DNA of 64,000 nucleotides from Lingula anatina (taxonomy: Eukaryota; Animalia; Brachiopoda). The notes under the pieces were generated by a model. It was not told the origin of the DNA and made no database searches. It saw only the letters and a program-made list of their open reading frames with translations. Made by a program: the position numbers and the translations under genes. The DNA is taken from the NCBI GenBank assembly GCA_051362555.1, contig CM120640.1, positions 28,606,503-28,670,502 of the forward strand, given 5' to 3'. Below are positions 12,978 through 27,300 of the stretch, in pieces. The first letter of the stretch is position 1. The number at the start of each line of letters is the position of its first letter.

Positions 12978-13408
12978 ATGAATAAGGCTGGTAAGAGAAA
13001 ATTCTGAAAGGTTCCAAATAACATCTGGACATACCTGTGTGTAATTACTTAGCTTATCTGTTAATGATGTAACGTCGTCTGCCTTCCTTGCCTCAGAGGC
13101 TCAGGTGACAAGTTAAGAACTTAAGTAGCCTACAGTACTGTCGTCCTCTTTTTCAAGCGGTTGCCGGCAACTCTGTTCTTGTACATGTACTTGTTTACAT
13201 ATCACTTAACAATATTGTTGAGCTGAAGTACCGGTATACTAGTATACACTTTGCCTTACAGATGTTAATTTTCCTAGGATCCGATCGTTGTTGTTAGTCC
13301 TTTATTTTTCAAAAGTTTTATTTTCGTTGCAGAACAAATATTTTCTTGTCTGTAATGGAGAACATTGGTTTTTAATTTTGTTCTATAATAATAATAATAA
13401 TAATAATA

Positions 13409-13458
<50 letters not shown>

Positions 13459-16262
13459 AAAATAATAAATCGAGAATGAAAGAACTTAGAAGTTGACTTA
13501 ACTATTGTCAGTGTCTAAAAGACTGCTGCCAGCTGTTATATCAGTATTTATCCCCTTTATCCCCCCACCTATCTGCCAGCAACCAATCACTGGTTTAGAG
13601 TGTTTGTAAGGTGCATCTTCCAATAAACATAAGCTTTTGTACATTTATGTGATATTCTTCTTGTTATTGTCAATTTAAAAAAATACGTAAATGATTCGAT
13701 CATGATTTATTTTTTTTGTAGATGCAGTATATTTTATGATATGATATTTCCTTTCAGATATAGTCAGTTATTTTACTCATTTGATGGGAGATGACCCCAG
13801 TATTTCAGCAGCAGTGGCAGCCATCCAGACATTGATGGAGTTTCTCAAGCTTAATTCAGGTATGAATGGAGAAAATAATAAGTGTGATTTTATGGCAAAT
13901 ATACTGTATAACACTTTTTATTGGTATATGAAACTGTCACATGCTGGGATGTTGTAAAACTTTTTGTCAACAGTTTTCACTGTATTTTCTATTTTAAATT
14001 TTTAAATTTTATTATTTGTGTTAAATCAAAGCAAGAATAAAATGCCTTACACTTTTTAATTTTCTTTTTAGCTGAGACTTTATCAGAGCTGCGGGAGAAT
14101 CTCAAAGATGCTATTGACACTTTGACCAAGACAGACAGTTCTGTGGCATCCATATCATCAGGTTGTGAGCTGTTTTTGAGGTTTATTACATTGACTGCCT
14201 TGGACCATTCTGTAAGTTGCAATTAAAGAAGAATAGAATTACTGCTACATGCAGTTCTTTGTATAGATTTATTGAAAAAATGTACTATAATATTAGTGAA
14301 TGATAGTAATGATAGTACCAGTTCTGACAGATTCCAAGTGGTGAGATATTTAACATAGTTTGCCTGTTAATCTGATTTTAAGTCATCTGTTGCTGAATGT
14401 AATTGCAGTTAAAGTTGATAGGTAAAATTTTAATATTAAAATAACTTTTTCAGTGCTGTAAGTTGTGATCATTTCTTAAAACTTTTTAGGCTAAATTTGA
14501 AAATGTACTCTATTTTAGGATTTTCAAGAATGTAAGACTATACTTCTTAACCGAGGCAATGTGTTCCTTCAAAAAGTTGGAATGTGCAGGAAGAAGATAT
14601 CTAAACTGGGACATCCTTTCATAAGTGATGGAGCTGTAAGGATAATGGCAAACTTAAATGCTCATTTTCTTTCAAGAATCAGTTGTTACTCTCATTGTTA
14701 TTGGTTTGGTTAATTTGTAACTAAATTACTTTTTTTCTGCAATTTGCTTATTGCTATATGAAATCATACTTTGAAGACTTCCATTTATAGCCAACACTTA
14801 AGAGCCTAAGAGTTAACAAGCATCGTGAAGATTGTGTGTATCGTTTCAGACCATCCTGACCCACTCTAGGTCACGTGTTGTTATGCAAGTGTTGAAAGAA
14901 GCAGTAGAAGCTAAGAAAAGATTCAATGTCTACGTCACAGAGTCTCATCCCAACAAATCTGGGTAAGATTAATGGTGTTCTTTCGGGTATAGTAAAACCC
15001 TCTGAATGCAGTGTGATTTTTATGTTTCAAGTGAAAGCACTCCACAAGGAAAGTTTCAGTTGTCACAATGGATGTTTGATCTTTTTATTTGATAAGTAAA
15101 AATTATTATAACTAAAAATTATATTATTATTATTATTATTATGTTTCATTTTGACAAATGTAATAATTTTAAAATATTATTGTAGGTGCCAAATGGCTGA
15201 GGAACTTAATGCCATGGACATCCCAACTGTTGTCATACTGGATTCAGCTGTAGGGTAGGTGTTTGTTAATCACTGTAGTAACAATAGATCTGATATTTGA
15301 AAATAAGTTTGATAATGGCTTGAATTTTTAAAGGTTAATTTTACAAAAACATATATTTTTTTTCAATTAAATTTTATTGTTTCTCATCTGCTTTTGTATT
15401 AAAAGATTTAATTGGAAAATTATAAGATAGCAGTGCAGATTATTCCTAATCTATTTTCTAGTTACATTATGGAAAAGGTTGATCTGGTGCTAGTTGGTGC
15501 CGAGGGTGTGGTTGAAAGTGGTGGGATTATAAACAAGGTAGGACATAGCTTGCCACCGGACTAACCTGCTCTTTACTGACAAATATAGTAGAAAAGTTTA
15601 TAAATATCTTTAAAATCGTATAGCATAATGAAGTAATTACTCTGACGTTAATCTTGGTATCCTTTGGGACTATGTGCATAATTGTTACTTTTCTCAATCA
15701 CAATACCTCTTTATTTCTTTAACAGATTGGAACATTTGGGATGGCTGTGGCTGCTAAGGAAATGAACAAGCCTTTTTATGTAGTAGCAGAGAGCTTCAAG
15801 TTTGCCAGGCTCTACCCTTTAAATCAGCAGGATGTGCCAAATCAGTTCAAGGTATGCTAAAGAACGTTTCATATAATACATAAAGACTAACTTTTAAGCT
15901 CTTTCTAATGTTTGTTAAAATGGATTTCAACTTTCCTTGGTGATTTTTTTTTTTTGATAATAAGTGTTGATTTAACCAGTGTAACATTTAAGTCACTGTT
16001 GATATTGTTATGGAAATTTTGTGAAGCTTAAGAAAATAAAAAAAGGTCTAGGACTTTTGTTGACGCGTGCTCATCATGTTGACTATGTATAAACAAACAT
16101 TTTCAGTACCAAGCCTCCAAGCTGAGCAGCAGTGCAGATCTGCGGATAGAACACCCAATGGTGGACTACACGGCACCAGCTTATATCACACTGCTCTTCA
16201 CAGACCTGGGTGTACTCACTCCTTCTGCCGTCAGTGATGAACTCATTAAACTTTATCTATAG
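12978..16262 (+). CDS. EIF2B1: Translation initiation factor eIF2B subunit alpha, 9 coding exons
   Basis: Exons 12978-12990, 13758-13859, 14072-14211, 14519-14635, 14850-14962, 15186-15254, 15462-15537, 15726-15851, 16107-16262. Motifs [59 protein letters not shown], and C-terminal [26 protein letters not shown]. Confidence 0.98.
13386..13455. repeat. Compound (AAT)n(TAT)n microsatellite, self-complementary
   Basis: A run of AAT units is immediately followed by a run of ATT/TAT units in EIF2B1 intron 1. Confidence 0.95.
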
Positions 16263-16643
16263 CACAGCACACTGATGCTGAGGACGATATGGGGGCAGAA
16301 TTGAAAATACCAGAAAAAAATCATATCTTCAAACTGTTCCTGCTTTTTATAATAATGCCAGGGACTAAAGAGATAAATAAGGCATATGTACTGCAATTAA
16401 AGCCATGGCAGTAAGATTATGTAGTCTTTTTTGGGAGTTGAAGTGTAAACACTTATAATTATGTGATTGTATATTATTTATTTAAAAATAATTAAAAATA
16501 TATTCCTGAAAAATTGAAAGTGTTGTTAAAAAAACTATACTGTTGTCAATGTGTCATCAGCAACAGTGGTATATAATATGCACATGTGTTAAATAGCACA
16601 AGGGGAGGTCACTCTGACATTCGGTCTTTGAGTGTGAGCTTTG

Positions 16644-18461
16644 CTAACCCAGTAAGTCCTCGTCTGCAGCTGTGCCAAATACAAAATTCAAGTCTCGTTC
16701 CACTATCATGGGATGATATGTATCCTCAACGTGCCTCAGTTCTGCCCATTCTGCGTCAGTTAGGCGGTTCACAAGAACATGGAATCTGGTGAGGTCTGTA
16801 AGATAAAATGTTAGTACTGTTATTAAAAAGTATAATTTTAGTTTGGTAATGTGTGTTCTAATGATAAGTCAGTTAAACGCATAACCGTTAAAACTTGGCG
16901 AGCCTTTCTTAAGTCGTACTGCATGCACAGCCTACTAATGTCGCAGTGTGAATAATTTGTTTTTAGCATTAGTTTTTATTGATATTATCTCAATGTACTG
17001 ACTGATTTTTCGTTGCAGTTGCATTTCGCATATTGCCTCTATTGTTGAAATCATCAAAATTCCGATAAACTCTACTTCTCGAAGAGGCCGCTTGCACGCA
17101 TCAATTAATTCCAGGAGAGATTCGTCAACCCACTCGCGATCGTTTTCAAATTCTAAGCTCAAAACCTCTGCAAAAAGATAAGTGTGAGACATCGTTTTAT
17201 TACATATATTACAATCACTTTACTTCTTGATGTTTAAGGGAGATACATTATGTATAACGAATAGAGAAGCTCAATGAAAAAAAAAACGAAGCTAACGTTT
17301 TTTTTATAGAATGCTATTCTTCATTCAAATATTGCTATATTATATAAATATTTAACAATAAAACGAGTGATAATGTAGAATTAGCCACAACTCGCGTAAC
17401 CTACCTAGCGTTCTGTTCATAGTCGCGCTGATGTGTCGCAGCGTATCGTTCAAATGCCAATCTATGCCAATGATGTCATATCCACTCCAAATATGAAGAC
17501 TTCTGAGCCTGACTTCAGGAACTAAAATCGATGAGATCACTTCATAGCGACCAATATTATCGAAGTGAAAGCTCACTTTAAGCCCTGGACAGGCTTGATG
17601 GAGTCCCAGCCAAACAGAGCGGTCAATGCGATGGAAGTGCGGGTCGTTGCGATAGACCTTTATAGAGAGGTTACTTAGACTGCCAGCACAATTTTTACCA
17701 AGATTTTCGAGCACTTCATTACAAACACAGTTGTAGTTGATGTTGATATGCCTAAGATTCACAAACAGTTGAAGAATTGCCCTAAGGCGAGGCACGGGGA
17801 ATGCGGCAATTCTAGAATGGAAAAAGTCTTCTATGTTCAGTTTGGTGATGCTCCACCCGCTGCCAAGGCCTACACTGTTTAAGATTTTCAGCCCGTTTGT
17901 CAAAGATAACTGTGCACCAGAAACGTCAAAAACTTGCAACCGGGTCTGGTTTCGCAGAAATCTACTCAAGGACGTGATCAACCTGACCGTGGTGGTCTCT
18001 ACTCGCCAAAAACGATCAAATTCCATGTTGCGCATGTAAAATTCTCTCAGTCTCGCTTTATTATAAAGAAGAGCTAAGAATCGTGTCATCGCTCTTTGGA
18101 AACGCTTGCATGTCATGAAAGATGGATGCAAACATTTTAGGGTTAGATAGCGCACGTGAATTGCGTGAACGTAGGCAAAACCGATTGCGCGATCATGCCG
18201 TTTGCTCAGTCGATGTACAGCAAAATGCCCAACTGTGGAATCGACTTGGAACCATCGCCATAAACAAGCAGTATTGAGCATGCCATTCCAATGCTTACAT
18301 ACTAATGCCATGTTAAATCTGTCATTGTTGTCCAGACATCTGTAAATGTCAACCAAGACTATATCTGGGAGATTCCTCCAGTCTACTTGATCATCAGTAT
18401 CTGATTGGTCATCAGGCGCTGCTTGTTCCATCTCAACTTCACCATCAAGATCTGTGTCCAT
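16644..18461 (-). CDS. F-box protein with LRR-like C-terminus (FBXO39/FBXO33-like), 3 coding exons
   Basis: F-box WRNLPDIVLVDIYRCLDNNDRFNMALVCKHW..CLWR followed by leucine-rich repeats. Exons 18461-17405, 17167-17003 and 16795-16644 join in frame (..RTL-E-VLSLEF..QRKI-N-LTRFHV..DLLG*). The first in-frame ATG is at 18461. Confidence 0.88.
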
Positions 18462-18550
18462 TTTTGGAATATTTCTTTTCAATAAACTAAAAACGTGACT
18501 TTTCGCCAATTGACTCTTTTTTCCCGTAACTATGACACTATTCTATGTGT

Positions 18551-18593
18551 CTTGTGACGTAATATAACACTTTGCCTTGTGACGTCATATAAC
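18551..18593. promoter_or_regulatory. Tandem CRE-like sites upstream of the F-box gene
   Basis: An 18-bp direct repeat, CTTGTGACGTAATATAAC / CTTGTGACGTCATATAAC, contains TGACGTAA and a perfect TGACGTCA, about 90-130 bp upstream of the ATG. Confidence 0.5.
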
Positions 18594-18655
18594 GTAAAAA
18601 AAAAAGTATCGCGCAATGTGCCGGTCTTATTTATTTTATTATCTTAGGTATTTCT

Positions 18656-18661
<6 letters not shown>

Positions 18662-18742
<81 letters not shown>
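18662..18742. repeat. (TA)n microsatellite
   Basis: About 40 perfect TA units. Confidence 0.98.
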
Positions 18743-18745
<3 letters not shown>

Positions 18746-19803
18746 AAATGCCGAAAGACGGATGGCGAATCATGATTTGTTTATCCTGTCTTCTGAATGT
18801 AAGTTAATTAAAATTAGAAATGAAAATTTTCTCAAGGAAAATAAGATTTGGCACAAAAACCCCTTTTAGATGTGTTTAAAATTTAGTGTCATCAGAGTAG
18901 TAAATATAAAAAAATTTTGGTATTTTTTAAAAGAAACATATATATATTTTTTAATCTATACAGGGAAGAAGCAAAATTCATTTACCAGTAAACACGTCTA
19001 CCGTTCACTGTTGCTTGACTACTTTGAAACATTTGTTTGCTGCACCGCAGTATAAACACAATATGGAAATTTACAACAATCTCAACAGAACAACTACTGA
19101 ATAAATAGAGGGTTAAATGAACTTACCGTAGGTAAGTGATATTTGACCTTTAAGCCAAGGAGCTGTGTGAGAATAAGTGTCATAAGCACTTCGGCAGTAT
19201 GTGTGACCTTAAACAAAGGTGCGCATTTTTTAAATACTATATATTATAAATTTATTCATACTTTATTATTTATCTATTTATTTTTGATTTTTCCGCTGTG
19301 CTTGAAGTTCGTGTGATCCACAAGTCGGGACTGTAACGGTACGGGTATGTACCTGCAACGACAGCACGTAGCATTTCTAAATTTTGCACAGTTTCCCCGA
19401 GGTGTTGGAAGGTCAGCCAGGTGCATTTTAATCGCGCCACGTGCGATATGGTAGTGCCCAACAGCGTAATACCATAAAACCATATAAACGGCTTATCAAC
19501 ATTATATTAATCGGGAAACGATATGAGAACTCTCTTTATGCCTGTTTTAGACTACACATTATCTCATTTTCTCTCTACACTGCATTTTAATTTTAAAAAT
19601 TGCTGGTCGCATGTTTATAGACTGCTCAAGGTTTCAGAGCCTACAGTTAGTTTTTTTCCCAGTTTTAAGAAAACGCAATCAAAATTAGCTGTATGCTTAT
19701 TACTTATTCAAAAGTCATAACGTGTTTGAAAATGTGACAGGCCTATATCGTTGTTGCGACTCAAACTCGTATTACAGAGTCTAACAATATTCACTTGATA
19801 ATA

Positions 19804-20097
19804 CAGGGGCGGATCTAGGACTATTTGAAGGCGGTGGTCCGGTTTTTAGGAAAGACAGGCCGCAGATGAGAAGTCGACTCCTCACCCACCCCCCCACCCC
19901 CTCCTCCTTGGCGTGGGGTTCGGTGCTATGTGGTACAGTTTATAACTAGATCTATGATTCAGCGAGTCAAAATTCTAACTTCAAGAGGGGACCATTTGTG
20001 TGATTTTCAGAAGTCGAAGGGGTGTCACCCCCCTGGACCCCCCTGGACCCCCTGACCCCTGGACCCCCCTGACCCTCCCCCCTTATACCCCCCACTG
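19804..20097. mobile_element. Non-autonomous DNA transposon (hAT-like, CAGGGGCGGATC terminus, ~5 bp TSD)
   Basis: Begins CAGGGGCGGATCTAGG and ends in a degenerate ...CCCCCACTG. Flanks TAATA/TAACA. Internal CCCCTGGACCC repeats. Left terminus resembles the element at 60791. Confidence 0.65.
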
Positions 20098-21363
20098 TAA
20101 CAGAAGGCTCTCACACCATTTCAATGTCAGTACTCCATCCACGCACGTGCCTCAGTAAATATAGTGGTTGTTACTTATTGGCTGGCTACTGAATACGTCA
20201 TATCCGAGTACCTGCCCGCCATATTGTTTGACTTGGTTACGATTATTGAATGTGTATTCAATGGCCAAAGAAAATAACAACAGGCTCATATAAGCGACTG
20301 GCAGCAGTCAATACAAACACTATTGAGCAAATGAGTTGGGTCATGAACACAGGTAGACCAACAATGACCCATTAGTCCATCTAACTTGTTGGAAACCAGA
20401 GTGAAAGGGACAACATTAAACTAGGGCCTGGTCAGCGACCGAATAAAAAAACTCTGTCAGCGGTGTAGCACTCAAAACAGCTGAGCTTCACAAGGGAAAA
20501 TTCTGAAAGGCAGGTATTTTTGGCATTAATTCATTCATTTGATCCCATTCATGAGACACTTCATGAGACACATCCGGCGAAGTTTGAAAAGCGAAATTAA
20601 CATTATAAGTACTAGTAATGCCTTAGGCTAGGCTTAAAAAGACAGTGGCGTGAAAACCCAGGAGCCAGCTAGGTATGATGAATGTTACATTATTGCGTTT
20701 CCCTACTGAAGTACTGATACTTGTACCCACTGTGGAATTATGTTTAACTTGGTTGGTGGACGTCAGTCAGTAGCCATGACACTCAGTTTAGGCAATGTTG
20801 TAGTCGGTCTTACTCAGAATACAGGTAGATCAAGAAGGTCGACACTTCTGAAAGGTAGGATCCCAGTACTGATGGTCTACAGTCAAGTCACTACCATATG
20901 ATATAATTAAGTTACTCCCAACACTGGGTATTTTGACCATCAATCCATTCCTGGACATTGCCACTGACTAAATCAAATCTTGTATCTATTAGAATTTATC
21001 AAGATGATATTCCATTACAAAGACAGCAAAATTGAATAAACTTAAAAAGCTGTTTAATACATTTTGGTGAAATTGACAAATATTCCTGGTGTTTTCAGCA
21101 ATGTTGTGGTACAAACCTACCATCAGTTTGTCAGGTTCCATACTAGGAAACCAAATATTCAGTGTTAAGACATGAAAATAGCATTGATAATTCCCCTAAA
21201 ATGCAACTTGAGATATAAAAATGATCTGTCAACAAAGAAAATTTGGAACAGCAAAAATACAAAGTTTGAAAATATTTTGAATGATACTTTGCAGTAAAAA
21301 AAATTGGTAATGATCTTTTATGGGAAATTTGTTTGTTATTTCAGATTCTCCATCAGAAACAAT

Positions 21364-24300
21364 ATGACCAGTCTTTCTCCAGGAGTCCTCTTTAGAGCAA
21401 CAGGATTTAATGACCATTCTCTTCCAGTGGAGAGGAATGTCACAGCTGATAGCATCCACAGAAAATATAGAAAGTAAGTGCCAGACTATCCAAATATAAA
21501 AAAACATATGACATTAATTTATATATGCCTTGCCATGAATAATGTCAATTAATGAATAAATCTAGTTGAAATTGGAAGTGTTAATTAAACCCCCCCCCCC
21601 CCCCCCCCCTCAAAGGAAAAAAAAAAGAAAAGAAAAACATAAATTGAATTTTGGCTATGGTATTTCAATGTTTTATATACAATAATGAATTTTCCAAACT
21701 GTGCAGTCTCTTAACTTTTGTTTGGAGGATGTGTTTTAATGTATTGCATGAAATAAAAACAAAATTTGAAGCTCTTTTCATAGGAAGCCCGCTACTCAGT
21801 CATAATTAGTTATATATATTTTTTCATCTTGGAAATGTAAGATGAATATCATTCTATTTCTTTTCAATTTTAATTTATTGAAAAACATGGCTACCCAACA
21901 CATCCAGCTGAGTTTTAACACATATTTTGTTAAAAGATGAAAGATTTAATTACCTTGTTGTTAACAGTGCAAGCTGTTTTAAAAGGGGCTCCTTAAACCT
22001 AGACTAAAAACTAACACCTGTAATCTGAAGGATGACAGTTACTAGGTTACGGAGAGCATTTCTCTGTAGTTGTTTATATAGTCATGATAAGTCACTTCAT
22101 GTCTGCCCTCTGCCTTCATCAAGTCTATAACAAGCTTATCAAGGTGCAATAGTTAATTTCAGTTATATCTGCTATGCTAGCATTGTGCAGGTAATTCAGT
22201 TTATTGACTAGTGCTTGATATATCGGTAGGGTCTTGGGCATGTATATTTGCTATTATTGAACGTAGAAAGTGTCAAGGGAAACGAAAACAAAACCTGAAT
22301 TTCAGGTCTGCTGTGAGCCTGCTTCTTTGATTTTTAATTTCCCCTATAACCCACTGTTTAATAGTCTGAAATTGCAATGCCTCATTGTTCTAGAGATGTA
22401 GATATGAAGAATCTGGAATGCATCAGATCTGAAGCTCAGGATTTTTAAAACTAGTATATATATTTGGATAAAACAAATTCATGTCTGTGAGCAAGAATTG
22501 CTCATTAAAATATTCAGATTTTTTTTCAATAAGCATCAACTCAGATCCATTTTGTCTTTCAAGGCTGCACTCACTCTATGTTTTTGATTGAAGGATATGT
22601 TTTCATGTGGCTGCATGAAGATAATGTCAAAGTCACACAGTCATAAGACTGCCATCTGACATAGGCATAGAAAGATAATCAGGACAAGTTCTGTGCTTTG
22701 AGATATATTTGTGCACATTTGTAAAAATTATAAGTTTCATGTGTAGTACACTGTCATTATCTACATTAATTTGCAATGAATAGGAGATGTGTTAATATAA
22801 TCTTAACAATATTACTAGTATACAAAGACCAATTTAAATCTGGAAGTGAAAATGAATAGGACAAAAGTGATTATAAAACAGAAAGTAGTTGCAATTGCTA
22901 AATGGTATAGAATTGTGACTTTTGATTATTAGTATTCCACTGCATTTCTGCAAGCTTGTACACATTTAATCCTAATAATATAGTTGTAATGTGCACCAAC
23001 ATGTTTCAATGGAATATTATTGTTCCTTTGAAGATCCAGGGTTTTATGATACTCCCTGCATAGTTTACCTAATGGTTGTGTCACCTTTGATGTGATTGTA
23101 ATTCCATTGTATTCTGGGAACTGCAACTTAATACACGAGCGCTATTTATTATTATGTTCATAAACAAATTTCTATTCATTGCATTTAAATGCCTCCCTTG
23201 CGTGTACTATGTACCTATGGAACGTGTCATTAAGCATTGGCGTGCCAGTTCTTTGCCACATAAAAACACATTCTCACGTTTCCTATACGATCAACTGCTT
23301 GAGGTCAAAAAGTAAAGTTGTGACGGTGCCACTTGGATACAGAGGATACGTGTGTGAGGCACCCCCCTGGCGTGATCAAGGTACAGATGCTGCCATTTTT
23401 TAATGTTTTAAGCAGAATTTATTTGGATCTATAGGTACAGTTGTACTGTGTATAGGGCAGGTTGTATATGAATACTTATTGAGATTGAGAATTTGTTAAT
23501 CAGTGGTTTCACAAAGATTTAGGAGTCAGACACAAGAAGTGTTCTTTATTAGAAGAAAATGACCCCATCTGAAAATGTCATTTTTGGATTGTGACTTTTA
23601 AAACAGAAGTCATATCAAGGTCACAAGTTCTCCTTTTAATTCTGATTGAAATCTTATGTTCATTGAAACAAGATTGACTTGATTATCATGTAAAATTAAG
23701 ATGGCTTTGGTATGCACAGAATATGAAGTTAATACATACAGATACATATAGGTTGTTTTTTATTATACATTGTATGTATATGCTTTAAGCTTGAGTTACG
23801 AGACATGTTACACTCTTTCACAAATGTAATATCAGAATTGTGCTTTTACTCATATTTTGTATTCAAAGTTGGCAGTGCCCCTGTATAGAGTTGACATGAT
23901 GTCTCAACACTTGTGTGTATAAATGACTTAAAGACAGGTCTACAGGATGTTTGAATCAACAACTCCATGGTGTGTACCTGATGGATGTATAAGATATGAC
24001 CTGACCAATTTTCAGCATGTTTCTTCTCTCTCTCTCTCTCTCTCTTTTTTTTATATTGTTAATTTTTTTTTACCTAACTTCAGATAACATTTAATGACAC
24101 AATCTATTCAATTTTTTTTTTTATTTTATGACTGTTTCTTTGTTTCAGAGAGCCGCATCTAAGTGGTGAGTGGCCTCAAGAAAGCCCTGTGGCCAAAGTG
24201 TACAACATAAGTCACACTAGTTCTCGTCTAGTTTTGCTCAACAATAAAGCCAACAAATACAACAACCGGTTGCGTGGACAGGCCATTGTTGTCCCAGAAT

Positions 24301-27300
24301 CTGCAAGCAACAGCAGAGCCCACAGTGCCTGCTCCACCAGAGCTACCTCACCAAACCCAGACAGGCATTACTATAGAGATAGTAAGTTTTTTGCTTGTTT
24401 GAATTTTAAGTTGAATAATTTTTTTTCTTTTTTTTCAGATTTTATATTCTGCCTTTGGAAATGTTTTAATATTTCTTTTACCTGAAGAGACATTTCTAAT
24501 ATCCTAACCTCAAGATTGAATCTTATCAGTTCTGAACTACATGTAAAAACCAGTAGAAAATGAAGTATACAGGTATAAGGTCTGTAAGATAAGGGCTTGG
24601 GTTTAGCTTAAAAATCAATGTTCTTTAATGGATAAGTTATCTTCATGTTTCATTCTTTCTCTCTTCTGTTTCAGGTTGTACACCAGACCCAGAGAAACAC
24701 AAGAGCTGTGTGATCTCAGAGACGCCCAGGTTTCAAGCCTGCCCTGCCACACCCATCAGCAACTGGTGGAGAAATACCAAACAGAGGCCACCAATTACAT
24801 TTCCAAGTAAGTACATGTACATTTCACAGTTTTTTGAAAACAACATATTTCAAAGTAATATGATTTCTGTATAATGAAAAAAAATGCGCTGTCTGTGAAT
24901 TAGAATTTGTTATGTAGGCAGCTTTGTCACCATCAGTAGATGCACTGGTCAAAGCTGTAAGAATGTCAAGGTTTTACATGTATCATCCAGCACACTTAGG
25001 CTGCCTACATGTATGTGTCAGCAGTTTCCTTTGAAATCAAACTCTGTTCAAACACAGAAGCAAGTTCACATGTACATTTACGCACCTAATGCATTTCACA
25101 TCTTCATCATTGCATATTAACCAAGAAGTAGATATTACAAAATTGCTACATTCCTATAAAACTTATATGTTTATGTCTTATTGACAAAAATATTTTCAAT
25201 GTATGATTATCTTTTAATTTAATATCATCATATGTTTTTAACATTTCAGACGGATCAGCTGTGAACGAGTGGCACCACTACAGTTGTCAGGTACCCAGCG
25301 GCCCCATCATGTTGCCTAGCAACGGTCCTCATCACCAGCCCCGCTCTAAATCCATGCCCCACTCATTCCGCAGCAGCTGGAAACTTCAGCACCCAGATCT
25401 GACGCCTGGTCACAAGCGCTACCTGGCAGACACAGCTCATGTGTACAGTGTGGTCAAAATGAAGGACCTGGTCCAGGAAAGATATGAAAACCTGTTGTAT
25501 AAACAGAAAGTATTAGGTATGTTGGCCATCATAAGAAAACACATTATTTATACATTGCCAACCTAAAGTATGTTTTATGTGCGGAATTTTTTTTTGAAGA
25601 AAAAATACCAAGTTTGTTCACATGTCATGTATTTAATGAAGTTTCATAATGTGAATTTGTTTGTAAATAGCATGCTCTTTCAACAAATAACCTGATTGTG
25701 TGATTGATTGTTTTTTGTATTAAACTTGGAATTAAATATTCTAGAATAACTTTGTGAACTGTATATTTTGGATAACTGCATGTTGTGTTAAGGATATTTG
25801 ATACTGTACATGCACTGAAAGTTCAGTTACTTAAAGCTCTCACATTTTTTACCAATTGATTTTAGATGTTTGATGTGTACATGACTGGTTTCAATTAAAT
25901 AGCATGAGGATCTGGACTTATTGTAATAGTAATTACAAATCTGCAATATGTTTGCTGTGAAACAGATTTTAATGTTCATTGAAATATTGGAACAGATTTT
26001 TTTTATAATGAGGTTTACATATATCGATGTGATCGCTTGCTGTGAAATTAGTTATTTACCTAAATTTGCCTTCATTTAATTGTGCTAACAGAGGGAGCCA
26101 GAAGCAAAGGTTTGTATGAATATGTTGTAATAAGAGGTGCATGGTGTGGTTCACGCTTTGATACTCACAAGTTCACCACCTAGCTTTGTTTTTATTGCAC
26201 GTTAACATAGTTTTCTCACTTACATCGTATTATCCCATCAACCTTTCTTTTACTTGGATCTTTCATTTCAAGTGAAATACAGATTGTTTTTTTATTGAGG
26301 AATTAGAATGCATGTTGACCTATGAATTTAAAAATATATCTACTTCTACCAGTCCCTGTACAAATTATGTGTTTTGCTGTGAAGTAACATTATTCAACCA
26401 ACATTTTGGCAAATTGACTAGTATTTCTTTATATTGTCAACATGATAAGTGGCATTTTGACCCAAAATACAAGGTAATTTTAGAAAAATAACACATTTTT
26501 TACATTACTGCTTTTTTTTCAAATGTTAACATAGTTATTGTTATTTATTTAACAATTATTTAAATATAAAAATACATAAATATTTATGCGTCCACCATTT
26601 AGATAACTTGTGTCACAATATGACTGAGAGCAGTTAGTTAAATACAAAGTTTCATTGAAACAAAACTTCACAATCTTTGAATCTTAATTCTCAATGTTTT
26701 TATGGTTCAATTGTTTACTGCTCATGTCACATCCCAACTCAAACTCTTTTTCTTAATGTACTGAGCCGTAAGTTGTTTGTATCTTGTCACTTGTTACGTC
26801 ACTGTTTCAGTATTTTTGATTGTTTCACCACTGTACTTTTGTTTTGTTTTATGTCTTGTCACTGTAGTGTCACATGTGTTACCAAAAGTGCACTATGTTG
26901 CGCAGGCATCCACACTACTGATAGCTGTTCTCTCGTTTTCACATGTTATTTAATGTACATGTATAAGAACATGTAATCGAACAAAATGACCATAAAACTG
27001 TGGATGAAATCTGGGGGTGACTTGCTTCATACACACCATGTATAAAGGTTACGCAAGTGCAAATTAAAATGCTTCTCTGCACAAGCTTACATGTGTACAG
27101 GAATCTTGAATCTTTACAAAAATATAGTTGCAAATTAATGTAAAAAATCAACAAGTTCTAACTTTGTTTACTTATGTATATTACATGTATTTCTCACTAC
27201 ATGTGTCAAAAACTGAAGTCAAAAACAATAAGAATTAATTATTATATCCGTCTTTTCAATATAATTCAATGTCTTGAATATCATGGCTTTTAAAGAATAA

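Noticed and set aside
18462-18509. Upstream extension of the F-box ORF given by the ORF track
   Set aside because: It begins at TTG; the first ATG at 18461 has good context (AAAATGG).
13288-18807. ORFs with poly-N/poly-Y (13288-13479) and IY repeats (18616-18807)
   Set aside because: Translations of microsatellites.
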